Assembly: GCA_963782055.1 (NCBI GenBank)
Contig: CAWAIF010000003.1
Location: forward strand, 1,888,001 to 1,952,000
Reading direction: 5' to 3'
DNA from: an uncultured delta proteobacterium
GTDB lineage: Bacteria > Myxococcota_A > Polyangia > Polyangiales > Polyangiaceae
Length of the DNA: 64,000 nt
Part shown: piece by piece, positions 20,492 through 29,077 of the stretch
Numbering within the stretch: the stretch's first letter is position 1
Layout: each line of letters starts with the position of its first letter
Notes under the pieces: model-generated
Database searches by the model: none
Told to the model about the DNA's origin: nothing
What the model saw: the letters and a program-made list of their open reading frames with translations, nothing else
Made by a program: the position numbers and the translations under genes

Positions 20492-21049
20492 CTACGCGGG
20501 AGCTGCCGGCAGCAACAAATCCTCGAGGAAGAACGCGGCGAGGTCGTGCCGCCCGGTGAGGCCTGCCTTCCTGTAGACGGCGCGCGCCTGCTGCCTCGCG
20601 GTCGCCTCGGTGATGGACCGCACCGCGGCAATCTCCTTGTGGCTGAGGCCTTTGAGGAGCAGCAGGGCCACCTCCTTCTCCGCGGGCGACAGCGCCCAGC
20701 GCTGGAACTGGCGATCGATCGCCGCCCCGAGGCCCTTCAGCAGCTCCTGCGCCTCCTCGCGCCAGTGGGTCGCCTCGCGCTCCGTCGCGTCCAGCCGCTC
20801 CGCGAGGGCCGCCGCCTGCCGTCGCGTCTCGCGCGCGTCGCGGACGCCGTGGATGAGCCGCCGTGCCATGACGACAGAGCCGGCGAGCCCCACGAGCACG
20901 ACGGCGCCCTCCGTGGCGACGTGTCCGACCGTCGTGCCCTCTCCGAGATCGGAGAGCAGGTCCACCGCCGCCAGGACGGCGACCCCGGCGAAGGCGGCCA
21001 GGATCATCGCCAGCAGGCCTCGCTCGGACGTGAGATCGCGGGCTTCCAA
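20492..21049 (-). CDS. Membrane-anchored LuxR-type HTH regulator (2 TM + coiled coil + HTH)
   Basis: Two hydrophobic helices, then LSPAEKEVALLLLKGLSHKEIA...TARQQARAVYRK; TTG start with AAGGAG RBS. Confidence 0.88.
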   Translation of the reverse strand: MEARDLTSERGLLAMILAAFAGVAVLAAVDLLSDLGEGTTVGHVATEGAVVLVGLAGSVVMARRLIHGVRDARETRRQAAALAERLDATEREATHWREEAQELLKGLGAAIDRQFQRWALSPAEKEVALLLLKGLSHKEIAAVRSITEATARQQARAVYRKAGLTGRHDLAAFFLEDLLLPAAPA

Positions 21050-21144
21050 CTGCGCGCAGCTCCTTGGATATCACGGATGGCGGATGGTGCAGGGCCCCTC
21101 CCGCCACCACGCTGACCCCGTCATCGAACCCGGAGGTCTTTATC

Positions 21145-21663
21145 ATGGACGCGCTGCTCTTTCACCCCAAGCTGGTTCACGTTCCCATCGCCCTCGCGGT
21201 GCTCATGCCGCTCGTCGCGGGCGGGCTGCTCGTCGCCTGGTGGCGGCGGTGGTTGCCGTGGCGCGGCTGGATGGTCGCGGTCGGACTGCAGACCCTGCTC
21301 GTCGGCTCGGGCATCCTCGCCCTCCGCACCGGCGACGCCCAGGGGGAGCGCGTCGAGAAGGTCGTGCCGGAGGCGGCGATCGAGCGCCACGAGGACGCCG
21401 CGGAGGCCTTCGTGTGGGCCAGCGGCGGCGTGCTCGGCCTGATGCTCGTGGCGAGCGGACTCGGCTCGCGGCGCGCAGGGCTCCCCCTGGCGGCGGCCGC
21501 CACCCTCGGGACGCTCGTCGTGACCGGCCTCGGTTACCGCACGGGCGAGGCCGGTGGGCGCCTCGTCTACCAGTACGGCGCGGCGCAGGCGTACGTCACC
21601 GGCGTCGCCGGCGGGGGCGCGACGCCCAGCAGCGTGGCGCCTGCCGCGCGCGACAACGACTGA
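21145..21663 (+). CDS. DUF2231-like His-containing membrane protein
   Basis: HPKLVHVPIAL, ERHEDAA and GGRLVY; 4 TM helices; GGAGG RBS. Confidence 0.8.
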   Translation: MDALLFHPKLVHVPIALAVLMPLVAGGLLVAWWRRWLPWRGWMVAVGLQTLLVGSGILALRTGDAQGERVEKVVPEAAIERHEDAAEAFVWASGGVLGLMLVASGLGSRRAGLPLAAAATLGTLVVTGLGYRTGEAGGRLVYQYGAAQAYVTGVAGGGATPSSVAPAARDND

Positions 21664-21687
21664 TCAACCATCGCCCGGAGCATCATC

Positions 21688-22032
21688 ATGACCACAGAAG
21701 ACAGGTCCTCCCGCCGTGCCATGTTTCCCGTCGTCGCCGCCACCACCGCGATCACGCTCGCCGTCGGCGTCACGGTGGCCTCGCTCTCCGGCTACCTCGG
21801 CCCGCGCTCCACGCCGGCGATCTCCGGCGCGCTCCCGTCCGCCGCGGCCTCGGGTCCAGAGGCGCCGGTGGTGCTGGTTCCCGTCACCCGCAGCGCCGCG
21901 GAACCCCCGCCGGCGGCGCTGTCGCCGCGACGCGATCCGGAGCCGGTGTTCGCCGCGTGGGTCGAGCACGACGACGAAGAGGGCGAGCCCCGGACCCGCC
22001 ACGACCAGCGAGCGCGTCATGAAGACGACTGA
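21688..22032 (+). CDS. Small single-TM protein with His/acidic tail
   Basis: TM helix, Pro/Ala linker and EHDDEEGE...HEDD tail; inside the operon. Confidence 0.6.
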   Translation: MTTEDRSSRRAMFPVVAATTAITLAVGVTVASLSGYLGPRSTPAISGALPSAAASGPEAPVVLVPVTRSAAEPPPAALSPRRDPEPVFAAWVEHDDEEGEPRTRHDQRARHEDD

Positions 22033-22378
22033 AGGGGAGCGCCCCGCGCGCAGCCGCCCCGTGCTCGCGGGGGATCTCCGTCCGTCCGTGCTCGCGCTCC
22101 TGGCGACCGGCTACCTGATCGTCTTCTGGGCCCTCGCCGTGCGCGCGCCCCGCGCCGCCGCGTCGCCGGGGCTCTCGATGTCGCCGGCGCCCGTCGAGCC
22201 GGGGCGCACCACGGTCTGGTACGCGGACCTGCCGCCGCGTGAGCGCCCCGCGCTACGACTGCCGCCGGGCTGGAGCGTCGCAACAGCCAGCGACGCGGCG
22301 GCGGCGAGCGACGCGCGGCCGCGCATGGTGCGTGTCTCCCCCGCGCGCGCCGGGCGCGTGCGCACCCGGAGCTCGTGA
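22019..22378 (+). CDS. Small single-TM protein ending RTRSS
   Basis: TM helix, Pro/Ala linker and C-terminal RVRTRSS; TGATG overlap with apbE. Confidence 0.65.
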   Translation: MKTTEGERPARSRPVLAGDLRPSVLALLATGYLIVFWALAVRAPRAAASPGLSMSPAPVEPGRTTVWYADLPPRERPALRLPPGWSVATASDAAAASDARPRMVRVSPARAGRVRTRSS

Positions 22379-23277
22379 TGTTCGCGTTTCGCGCCATGGG
22401 CACCGAGGTCACCGTGACCGCGCCGGGGCCGGAGGAGGCGGTCGTCGCCGCGCGGGTTCTCGGTACCTTCGAGGAGGCCGAGCGCCGCTTCAGCCGGTTC
22501 CGCGACGACAGCGAGCTTGCAGCGCTCAACCGTGAGAGCGGGCCGTTCGTCGCGTCCGAGCCGCTGTTCCGGGCGCTGACGCGCGCTCGCGTCTACGTCC
22601 GGATGACGGGTGGCATCTTCAATCCGGGCGTGGGTGGAGCGCTCGTCGCGCTGGGCTACGACCGGAGCTGCGCGCCGGGCGCGCTCGACCGCGCGAGCGA
22701 GCCGTCGCGCCCGCGCGAGGCGAGCCTGCTGGAGGTGACGCTCGAGCCGGCGACGCGCACCGTGCGCTGCCCCCCGCACGTGCAGCTCGACCTCGGCGGG
22801 ATGATCAAGGGCGCCACCGTGGACGCCGCCGCCGTGCATCTGCCGGGCGACGGCGCGATCGACGCGGGCGGCGATGCCGTGCTTCGAGGGCGTGGCCCGA
22901 CGGGAGAGCCGTGGTGGGTGGACGTCGAGGACCCCACCGACGCCTCGCGCACCCTCGCGACGCTGGCGGTGACCGACCGCGCCGTGGCGACGAGCGCGGC
23001 CAACCGGAGGCGCTGGCGTGCCGGGCCGCGGGTGGCCCATCACCTCATCGATCCCCGCACCGGCGCCTCCGCGGAGACGGACCTGCTGCAGGTGACGGTG
23101 CTCGCGCCGCACGCGGAGGTGGCCGACGTGCTGGCCAAGACCGCCTTCGTGCTCGGCGAGGAGAGGGGCCGGCGCTTCCTCGAGCGGTGGCCGGCCGTCG
23201 GAGCGGTGCTCGTGCTCCGAGACCGTGCGTTGCGCCTGGTCGGCGACGTGGACGTGCGGGAGGCTCGCCGTGGGTAG
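22378..23277 (+). CDS. apbE: FAD:protein FMN transferase ApbE (no signal peptide)
   Basis: FRAMGT, FSRFRDDSEL, DLGGMIKG, DAGGD, AVATS and HHLIDPRTG. Confidence 0.92.
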   Translation: MFAFRAMGTEVTVTAPGPEEAVVAARVLGTFEEAERRFSRFRDDSELAALNRESGPFVASEPLFRALTRARVYVRMTGGIFNPGVGGALVALGYDRSCAPGALDRASEPSRPREASLLEVTLEPATRTVRCPPHVQLDLGGMIKGATVDAAAVHLPGDGAIDAGGDAVLRGRGPTGEPWWVDVEDPTDASRTLATLAVTDRAVATSAANRRRWRAGPRVAHHLIDPRTGASAETDLLQVTVLAPHAEVADVLAKTAFVLGEERGRRFLERWPAVGAVLVLRDRALRLVGDVDVREARRG

Positions 23278-23923
23278 ACGCGTGCTCCTGGGCGTCTTGT
23301 GCGGCGCGGGACTGCTCCTCGTCCTGGACGCGATCGCCACACGCGCGGGGCTCGCTCCGGGCGCCATCCCGGAGCTGGGCGCGCCGGCGTGGATCACGTC
23401 CCGGGCGGCCGGCGTCACCGCCTTCCTCGCCCTCACGCTGGACGTCGTCTTCGGATTGTTCGTGTCGACGGGCGCCGCAGACCGATGGGTCGCCCGCGCT
23501 CGCAGCGTGGAGCTGCACCGCTGGCTGTCCGGCGCGTCGCTCGCGCTCGTCGGGGTGCACGCGCTCGCGCTGACCGCCGACAGGTTCGTGCGCCTGGACG
23601 TGCTCGACGCGGTCGTGCCATTCCTCTCCCCCTACAGACGCTTCGCGGTGGCCCTCGGGCTGCTCGCGGCGTACGCCGCCCTCCTCGTCCACCTCAGCTT
23701 CGGGTGGCGCCGCCGCCTCGGCGCGCGGGCGTGGCGCCGGCTCCACTACCTCTCCTTCCTCGTGTTCGCGGGGGCGCTCGCGCACGGCGTGCTCGCGGGC
23801 AGCGACTCGGGCCGTGACGGGATGCGCGCCGTCTACGTCGTGGCAGCGACCTTCGTGGCGGCGCTGGCTGGTTACAGGGTCGCGCGCGCCAGGCGCCCGA
23901 TGCATCGTGGCACGCGCGCGTAG
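23270..23923 (+). CDS. Ferric-reductase-like (MsrQ-like) heme-b transmembrane protein
   Basis: WITSRAAG, ELHRWL...VH and AWRRLHYLSF...AHGVLAGSD (four heme His). Confidence 0.88.
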   Translation: MGRRVLLGVLCGAGLLLVLDAIATRAGLAPGAIPELGAPAWITSRAAGVTAFLALTLDVVFGLFVSTGAADRWVARARSVELHRWLSGASLALVGVHALALTADRFVRLDVLDAVVPFLSPYRRFAVALGLLAAYAALLVHLSFGWRRRLGARAWRRLHYLSFLVFAGALAHGVLAGSDSGRDGMRAVYVVAATFVAALAGYRVARARRPMHRGTRA

Positions 23924-24272
23924 GATGCCCCTCCGGGCGCCATGCTCGGGCGCGTGCTCGCTCTCGCGCGTGCCGCCCGTGTGTGCATGATGCAAGGACT
24001 CCGGCACGCACGAGAGCTTGCGCGCGCGCCCTGCGCGTGGCGCCCCTCCCCCGGATGTCGCGCTCCGCGCGCCATCGGGGAGGCTGGTGCGCCGCACGCG
24101 GCGGACCTCGGCGACGCCCTCCGGCTGTCGGACTGGACGGGCCGCGGTGCTGCTCATTTCCGGCGGTGAGCGCTGCACCTCGGCCCGGGGATGCGCGCGA
24201 GCGCCCGGGGCTAGGGTAGGGGAGGTGTCACCATCGCAGCCGGCGTCGGCCAGGTTCCCCAACGTGGTCGCT

Positions 24273-24714
24273 TCACCGCCCGAGCGCCGCGCGCACCCGG
24301 GCGAGCGCGGCGCCCACGTCTCGCTCGACGAGCTCCGCCGCCACCCGCACCACCCGGTACCCTAGCTTCTCCAGCACCCGCTGCCGCGCCGCATCCGCCG
24401 CCGCCCGCTCCGGCTCCCGGTGCACCCCCCCGTCCACCTCCACAATCAGCCGCTCGCTCAGCGCCACGAAGTCCACGATGTAGCTGCCCCCCAGCACGTG
24501 CTGCCGCCTGAATTCGAGGCTGAGCCCTCGGCTCGGCCGAAGAACGAGACCGACCGAGGCCGCAGGCCGAGGGAAGGTCATGCAACTTCACCCCGCAAAG
24601 CCGCCGCCCCTTGAGCGCCCGCCACATCATCTCTTCCGACCGCGTCGGCTCCCGGCGCATCGAGCGCGCGTACGTGTGAAGGAGAAAGAGCGAGGGGGCT
24701 TCGTGCGGTGCCAT
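24273..24714 (-). pseudogene. DUF559 (Vsr-like PD-(D/E)XK) endonuclease interrupted by a 73 bp insertion
   Basis: ARSMRREPTRSEEMMWRALKGRRLCGVK | FRRQHVLGGSYIVDFVALSERLIVEVDGGVH...; removing 24511-24583 restores AAG TTC AGG (K-F-R). Confidence 0.85.
24511..24583. repeat. 73 bp palindromic REP/MITE-like insertion
   Basis: Minus-strand CCCTCGGC...GCCGAGGG arms, internal GGCC-TGC-GGCC hairpin and a TT/AA dinucleotide repeated at the junctions. Confidence 0.7.
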
Positions 24715-24830
24715 GCCCTCCCATGGCGGAAGAAGCATGACGGCCGCAGTGCCGCATCCCCCGAGCCCACCCTGAAGGCCGGCGGGCTTCTTCCGCCCGC
24801 CCGGCGTGGCACCGCACGAAGCCCCCTCGC
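24690..24830. promoter_or_regulatory. 28 bp inverted repeat covering the DUF559 start codon
   Basis: 24690-24717 GCGAGGGGGCTTCGTGCGGTGCCATGCC versus the reverse complement of 24803-24830: 27/28 match. Confidence 0.7.
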
Positions 24831-25094
24831 GCGACGCCACCCACGCTCCTCGAATCGGAGGGAGGGCCTGTCCCCCTCGTCCCCCACGCCGAGGTCCGCC
24901 CCGCGCAGCCGACCAGCCTCCCCAAATGGCGCGCTCTGCGCGCCATTTGAGGGGAGGGGCGCCACGCGCAGGGCTCGCGCGCAAGCCCGCGTGCAGGCCC
25001 ACCGCGCTGCCCCCGCTCCTCACCGTGGGCCTGCGCGCGGGCGAGCACGAGCCCGAGCATGGCGCCCGGAGGGGCATCCCCCCTCTTCTCCCCC

Positions 25095-27881
25095 TCACTC
25101 CCCCCAGTCCCGCGCCTCCAGCCGCTCCTCCATCTTCTCCCGCGTCCTCGGCCCGAGCACATCCAGCTGCTGCCCCCGCAGCGCGCGCGTCACCTGCGCG
25201 TCCAGCCCCGGCTGCTCGTCCTCGTGCGAGAAGTCCCACGACCGGCTCAGCTCCAGCTCCCCCTGCTTCGCCCCGCCGCACGTCAGCGGCCAGGTGCGCG
25301 GCGTGTACGTGTACGGCGTGTAGTCGGGCGTGGAGGTGAACATGTCGAACGGGATGGACGCGTTCGCCACGACGGCGTTCTGGTACGGCTTGCCGAGCAG
25401 GTGGGCGAAGGTCTTGTGCAGCCCCGCCATGTCGAAGTGCGTCTTGGAGACGTAGCCGCGCTTGACCCACGGAGACACGACGACGAAGGGCGTGCGGTGG
25501 CTGTCGATGTGCTCGCCGCCCTGCGAGGGATCGTCCTCGGTGATGAAGGCGACCGACGACTGCCAGATGGGGCTGTGGCTGAGCGCGTCGATGAACATGC
25601 CCGTCGCGTCGTCGTTGACCGCGATGTAGGTCTCCGGCGTCGTCTTGTTGTCGCTGAGGCCGAAGGTGTGGTCGTTGGGCAGCGTCATGTAGACGAAGGT
25701 GCCGAGGTTGCACGTCACGCGCAGTCGCGCGGCGACGTGGCAGGCCTTCTCGTCGTCGTTGTAGCCGATGTTCTGGAAGGGCCCGCCCGGGTAGAGGATG
25801 TCGATGGGCGGGTGGTCCGCCGGCGGGTTGGTCGGCGTGCCGACGATCTCCCCGAGCAGGTCGTAGGGGACGCCGTTGGCGCCCAGCCAGTCGAAGAGCG
25901 AGCCCTCGATGGGGCGGCTCACGTCGAAGAGGCCGCCGCCGGGGACCGTGCGCGCGCTGTGGCCCGCGCCGGAGATGGCCCAGGTGCGCTCGTTGAAGTC
26001 GTTGCTGCGGCCGTAGGTCGCCCAGACGTGACCCTGCGTCGAGTAGATCGCGTCGGTGTAGTAGTTGTCGCTCATCGTGAAGGTGCGCGCGAGGGCGCGC
26101 ATGTTGTGCCAGAGCGTGTCCATGAGCCCGGGGTCCTGCTTGAGGGTGTAGGCCGGGTCGCCCTCGACGCCGGGCATGTCCCCGAAGACGCCGTCGAAGC
26201 CCTTGTTCTCCCGCACCACCAGGAAGACGTGCTGGATGACCTTGGAGGGACCTTGCGTGTTGGTCGCCGGGACGGGGAAGTCGTCGGCGCCGCCCGGGCA
26301 CTGCACCGTCGGGTGCCCGGCGAGGTCGCCCACGTCCGCGAAGGTGCGGACGTCCTGCTCGCCGGTCGTCAGGTCCTGCGCGGTCGGCGGGGGGACGCGC
26401 TGGATGGAGCCGCGCATGCGGTCGCCGATGTCGCTGTCGCCCAGGTCGAAGTACAGCGGGCGCGGGCCGGTGCCGCGGCCGCGCATGTTGGCGACGACGA
26501 CCGAGCCGTCCGCCATGGCCACCACGCCCGACGGCCAGAAGCCCGCCGGGAGCATGCCCGCGGGGGTGAGGGTGGGCGGCGTGGTGCCGAGGTCCACGTC
26601 GAAGGCGCGCACCGCGTTGAGGCCGGAGAGGGTGGTGTAGAGGCGCTTGGCGGTCGGGTCGTAGGCGAGGGTGGTCGGCTCGCTGCCGTAGAGGGTGGCC
26701 GCGGCGTCCACCGGCACGCGCGTGGTGGCGCCGGAGGTGCGGTCCACCAGGGTCAGCGCGTCGCCCAGATCGCCGGCGACGATCATCCAGCGCGCGTCGA
26801 GGAAGGCGACGCCCTCCGGCGCCTTCTCGGTGTCGAAGGAGCGCTTCACGCTGGGCTGCGCGGGGTTGGACACGTCCACCTCGGCCACGCGCTTCTGGTC
26901 CCACATGGAGACGTAGGCGGTGGAGCTGGTGGCGTCGCTCGGGTCGAACCAGACGCCGAAGGTCTCCGCGCCCCCGAGGTCCGCCTGGCCGAGGAGCTGG
27001 CCGAAGGTCTGCGAGCCGGACGCGACGTCGTAGACGAGGAGCTGGTGATCGTTGACGCCGGTGACGACGAGGCGCTTGCCGTCGGCGGAGGCGGCGAGGC
27101 CGGCGACGTACCAGGTGCGCGGGTTGCCGTTGCCGTCGACGCTGCCCGGCAGGGCGATGCTGCGCGCGTCGTCGCGGGTGACCGCGCCGGTCTGCGTGTC
27201 CAGGGTGATGGCCTGCACCACGCCGTCGTCGGTCGCGACGTAGAGCAGGTCCGGCGGGACGAAGGCGACGGCGCTGTTGAGGGTCTCCTTGATGTCGAAC
27301 TTGACGTAGCCGAGCACCGGATCGCCCTGGCCGATCTTCGCCGGGTCGACGACGCGCACGGCGTGGGGGCCGTAGCCGGTGTCCACCGTCGCCACCCACG
27401 AGGTGCCCGGGATGGCCGCCAGCGCGGAGGTGAGGCCGCCGGTGAGGTCCGTCTCGGAGAAGACCCAGTCCGCGCCCGCGGGGTGGAGGCGCCGGCCGTC
27501 GGGGAGGATGGTGGTGCCGTTCTGGCCCTGCCCCGCGTAGAGGATCGCGTCCCCGCCCGGCGTCGTCGCGGTGCACTGTCCCGCGACCGGCGTCGGGTAG
27601 GTACCGTCCCAGTCGGGCGGGCAGGTGTCGTCGTGGGGGAGGGACTTCCACGCGCCCAGGCTGGGGCACGAGTACGGCGTGACCGACTCCGGGCAGTCGG
27701 TGATCGGGCAGGTGTACGCGCAGGACTTCGGTGGCCTGAGGAAGTCGCTGGGATCGCCGAGGTCCGGCGGCGGGGGCTGCTCCGGCGTGGAGCCGCATGA
27801 CGCGAGGACGGCGATCGTCAGCAGGGCGGCGGGGAGGGCGGCGAGGGCCCGGCCCGCCCGGACCGTGAGGGCGCGGCGCAT
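25095..27881 (-). CDS. YncE-like beta-propeller + phosphoesterase (alkaline phosphatase superfamily) lipoprotein
   Basis: Lipobox LASC, LPDGRRLHPAG, HVFLVVRENKGFD, DNYY, LPNDHT, EDDPSQGGEHIDSHR and VSPWVKRG. Confidence 0.88.
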   Translation of the reverse strand: MRRALTVRAGRALAALPAALLTIAVLASCGSTPEQPPPPDLGDPSDFLRPPKSCAYTCPITDCPESVTPYSCPSLGAWKSLPHDDTCPPDWDGTYPTPVAGQCTATTPGGDAILYAGQGQNGTTILPDGRRLHPAGADWVFSETDLTGGLTSALAAIPGTSWVATVDTGYGPHAVRVVDPAKIGQGDPVLGYVKFDIKETLNSAVAFVPPDLLYVATDDGVVQAITLDTQTGAVTRDDARSIALPGSVDGNGNPRTWYVAGLAASADGKRLVVTGVNDHQLLVYDVASGSQTFGQLLGQADLGGAETFGVWFDPSDATSSTAYVSMWDQKRVAEVDVSNPAQPSVKRSFDTEKAPEGVAFLDARWMIVAGDLGDALTLVDRTSGATTRVPVDAAATLYGSEPTTLAYDPTAKRLYTTLSGLNAVRAFDVDLGTTPPTLTPAGMLPAGFWPSGVVAMADGSVVVANMRGRGTGPRPLYFDLGDSDIGDRMRGSIQRVPPPTAQDLTTGEQDVRTFADVGDLAGHPTVQCPGGADDFPVPATNTQGPSKVIQHVFLVVRENKGFDGVFGDMPGVEGDPAYTLKQDPGLMDTLWHNMRALARTFTMSDNYYTDAIYSTQGHVWATYGRSNDFNERTWAISGAGHSARTVPGGGLFDVSRPIEGSLFDWLGANGVPYDLLGEIVGTPTNPPADHPPIDILYPGGPFQNIGYNDDEKACHVAARLRVTCNLGTFVYMTLPNDHTFGLSDNKTTPETYIAVNDDATGMFIDALSHSPIWQSSVAFITEDDPSQGGEHIDSHRTPFVVVSPWVKRGYVSKTHFDMAGLHKTFAHLLGKPYQNAVVANASIPFDMFTSTPDYTPYTYTPRTWPLTCGGAKQGELELSRSWDFSHEDEQPGLDAQVTRALRGQQLDVLGPRTREKMEERLEARDWGE

Positions 27882-27978
27882 CACAAGACGCTACGAAGGT
27901 GCCGCACCGGCGGCAAGCGGCGGCTACCATGGGGGCGATGGAAGACACACGCCCGACACGCCGGACGGGGGACAGCCG

Positions 27979-29073
27979 ATGACGCTCGCGCGCGGGGACC
28001 GGGTGGCCCTGCTCACCTCTGGCGGCGACGCGCCCGGCATGAACGCGGCGCTTCGCGGCGCGGCGCGGGTGGGCGCGGAGCTGGGCCTGGAGGTGGTGGG
28101 GGTGGAGGACGGCTACGTGGGGCTGATGGAAGGGCGCCTCGTGCCGCTGGACCTCCACCCGCTGGACGACGCCGCCCGTCGCGGCGGCACGGTCCTCGGC
28201 ACGGCGCGCAGCAAGGTCTTCCCCACGCCGGAGGGGCGCGCCCGCGCCTGCGAGGTGATCGCGCGGGAGCGGCTGCGCGCCCTCGTCGTGGTGGGCGGCA
28301 ACGGATCGCTCGCCGGCGCGCGCACGCTGCTCGACGCGAAGACCCACGAGGGCGGCGCGCTGGCGGTGGCGGGGCTGCCGGCGTCCATCGACAACGACCT
28401 CGCGTGCACCTCGATGGCCATCGGCGTGGACACCGCGATGAACACCATCGTGGAGGCGTGCGATCGCATCCTGGACACCGCGAGCGCGCACCGCCGCACC
28501 TTCTTCGTGGAGGTGATGGGGCGGGACATGGGCTACCTGGCGATGACCGCCGGCATCGCCGCGGGGGCCGATGCGGTGCTGGTGCGCGAGACGGACGAGG
28601 AGGAGGGGGCGCTGGTCGACCGGGTCGTGCGCTCGATGCAGCGGGCGTATGCCGGGCCGTCGCCGCGGCGGCACCTGCTGGTCCTCAAGGCGGAGGGCGT
28701 GAAGATGGATGTGGCGCGACTCAAGGCGCTGGTGGACGCGCGCATCGCGAGCTCCCTCCCGGACGTGGACACGCGCGTGACGGTGCTCGGCCACGTGGTG
28801 CGCGGCGGGACACCCACCGCCTTCGACCGGCTGCTGGGCGCGCGCCTCGCCAACGTGGCGGTGCGCGAGCTCGCCCGCGGCAACAGCGGCTTCATGACCG
28901 GGTGGGTCGGCCCCGGCGTGGGCGGCGCGGCGAGCGAGGACGATCCCTACGTGGTGACCAGCCCCATCGGCGAGGTGCTCGCCGAGACGGAGCGCATGCA
29001 CCGCGGGGAGTCGCCCCTCTCGGCGTGGCGCAAGCGGATCTACGCCGAGGTGGAGACGATCCTGGATCGTTGA
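27979..29073 (+). CDS. pfkA: 6-phosphofructokinase (PfkA family)
   Basis: LTSGGDAPGMNAA, GGTVLGTAR, GGNGS, PASIDND, EVMGR and LGHVVRGG. Confidence 0.93.
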   Translation: MTLARGDRVALLTSGGDAPGMNAALRGAARVGAELGLEVVGVEDGYVGLMEGRLVPLDLHPLDDAARRGGTVLGTARSKVFPTPEGRARACEVIARERLRALVVVGGNGSLAGARTLLDAKTHEGGALAVAGLPASIDNDLACTSMAIGVDTAMNTIVEACDRILDTASAHRRTFFVEVMGRDMGYLAMTAGIAAGADAVLVRETDEEEGALVDRVVRSMQRAYAGPSPRRHLLVLKAEGVKMDVARLKALVDARIASSLPDVDTRVTVLGHVVRGGTPTAFDRLLGARLANVAVRELARGNSGFMTGWVGPGVGGAASEDDPYVVTSPIGEVLAETERMHRGESPLSAWRKRIYAEVETILDR

Positions 29074-29077
29074 CGGG

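Larger units (their letters stand above)
23923..25079. mobile_element. Putative element: DUF559 nuclease gene between ~190 bp imperfect inverted repeats
   Basis: 23923-24114 aligns with the reverse complement of 24887-25079 (GGATGCCCCTCCGGGCGCCATGCTCGGG... through ...GCGGACCTCGGCG); sits between convergent genes. Confidence 0.65.

Noticed and set aside
24806..25339. Plus-strand ORF starting MAPHEAPS, the same as the DUF559 N-terminus
   Set aside because: A by-product of the 28 bp inverted repeat; the rest is low-complexity and non-coding-like
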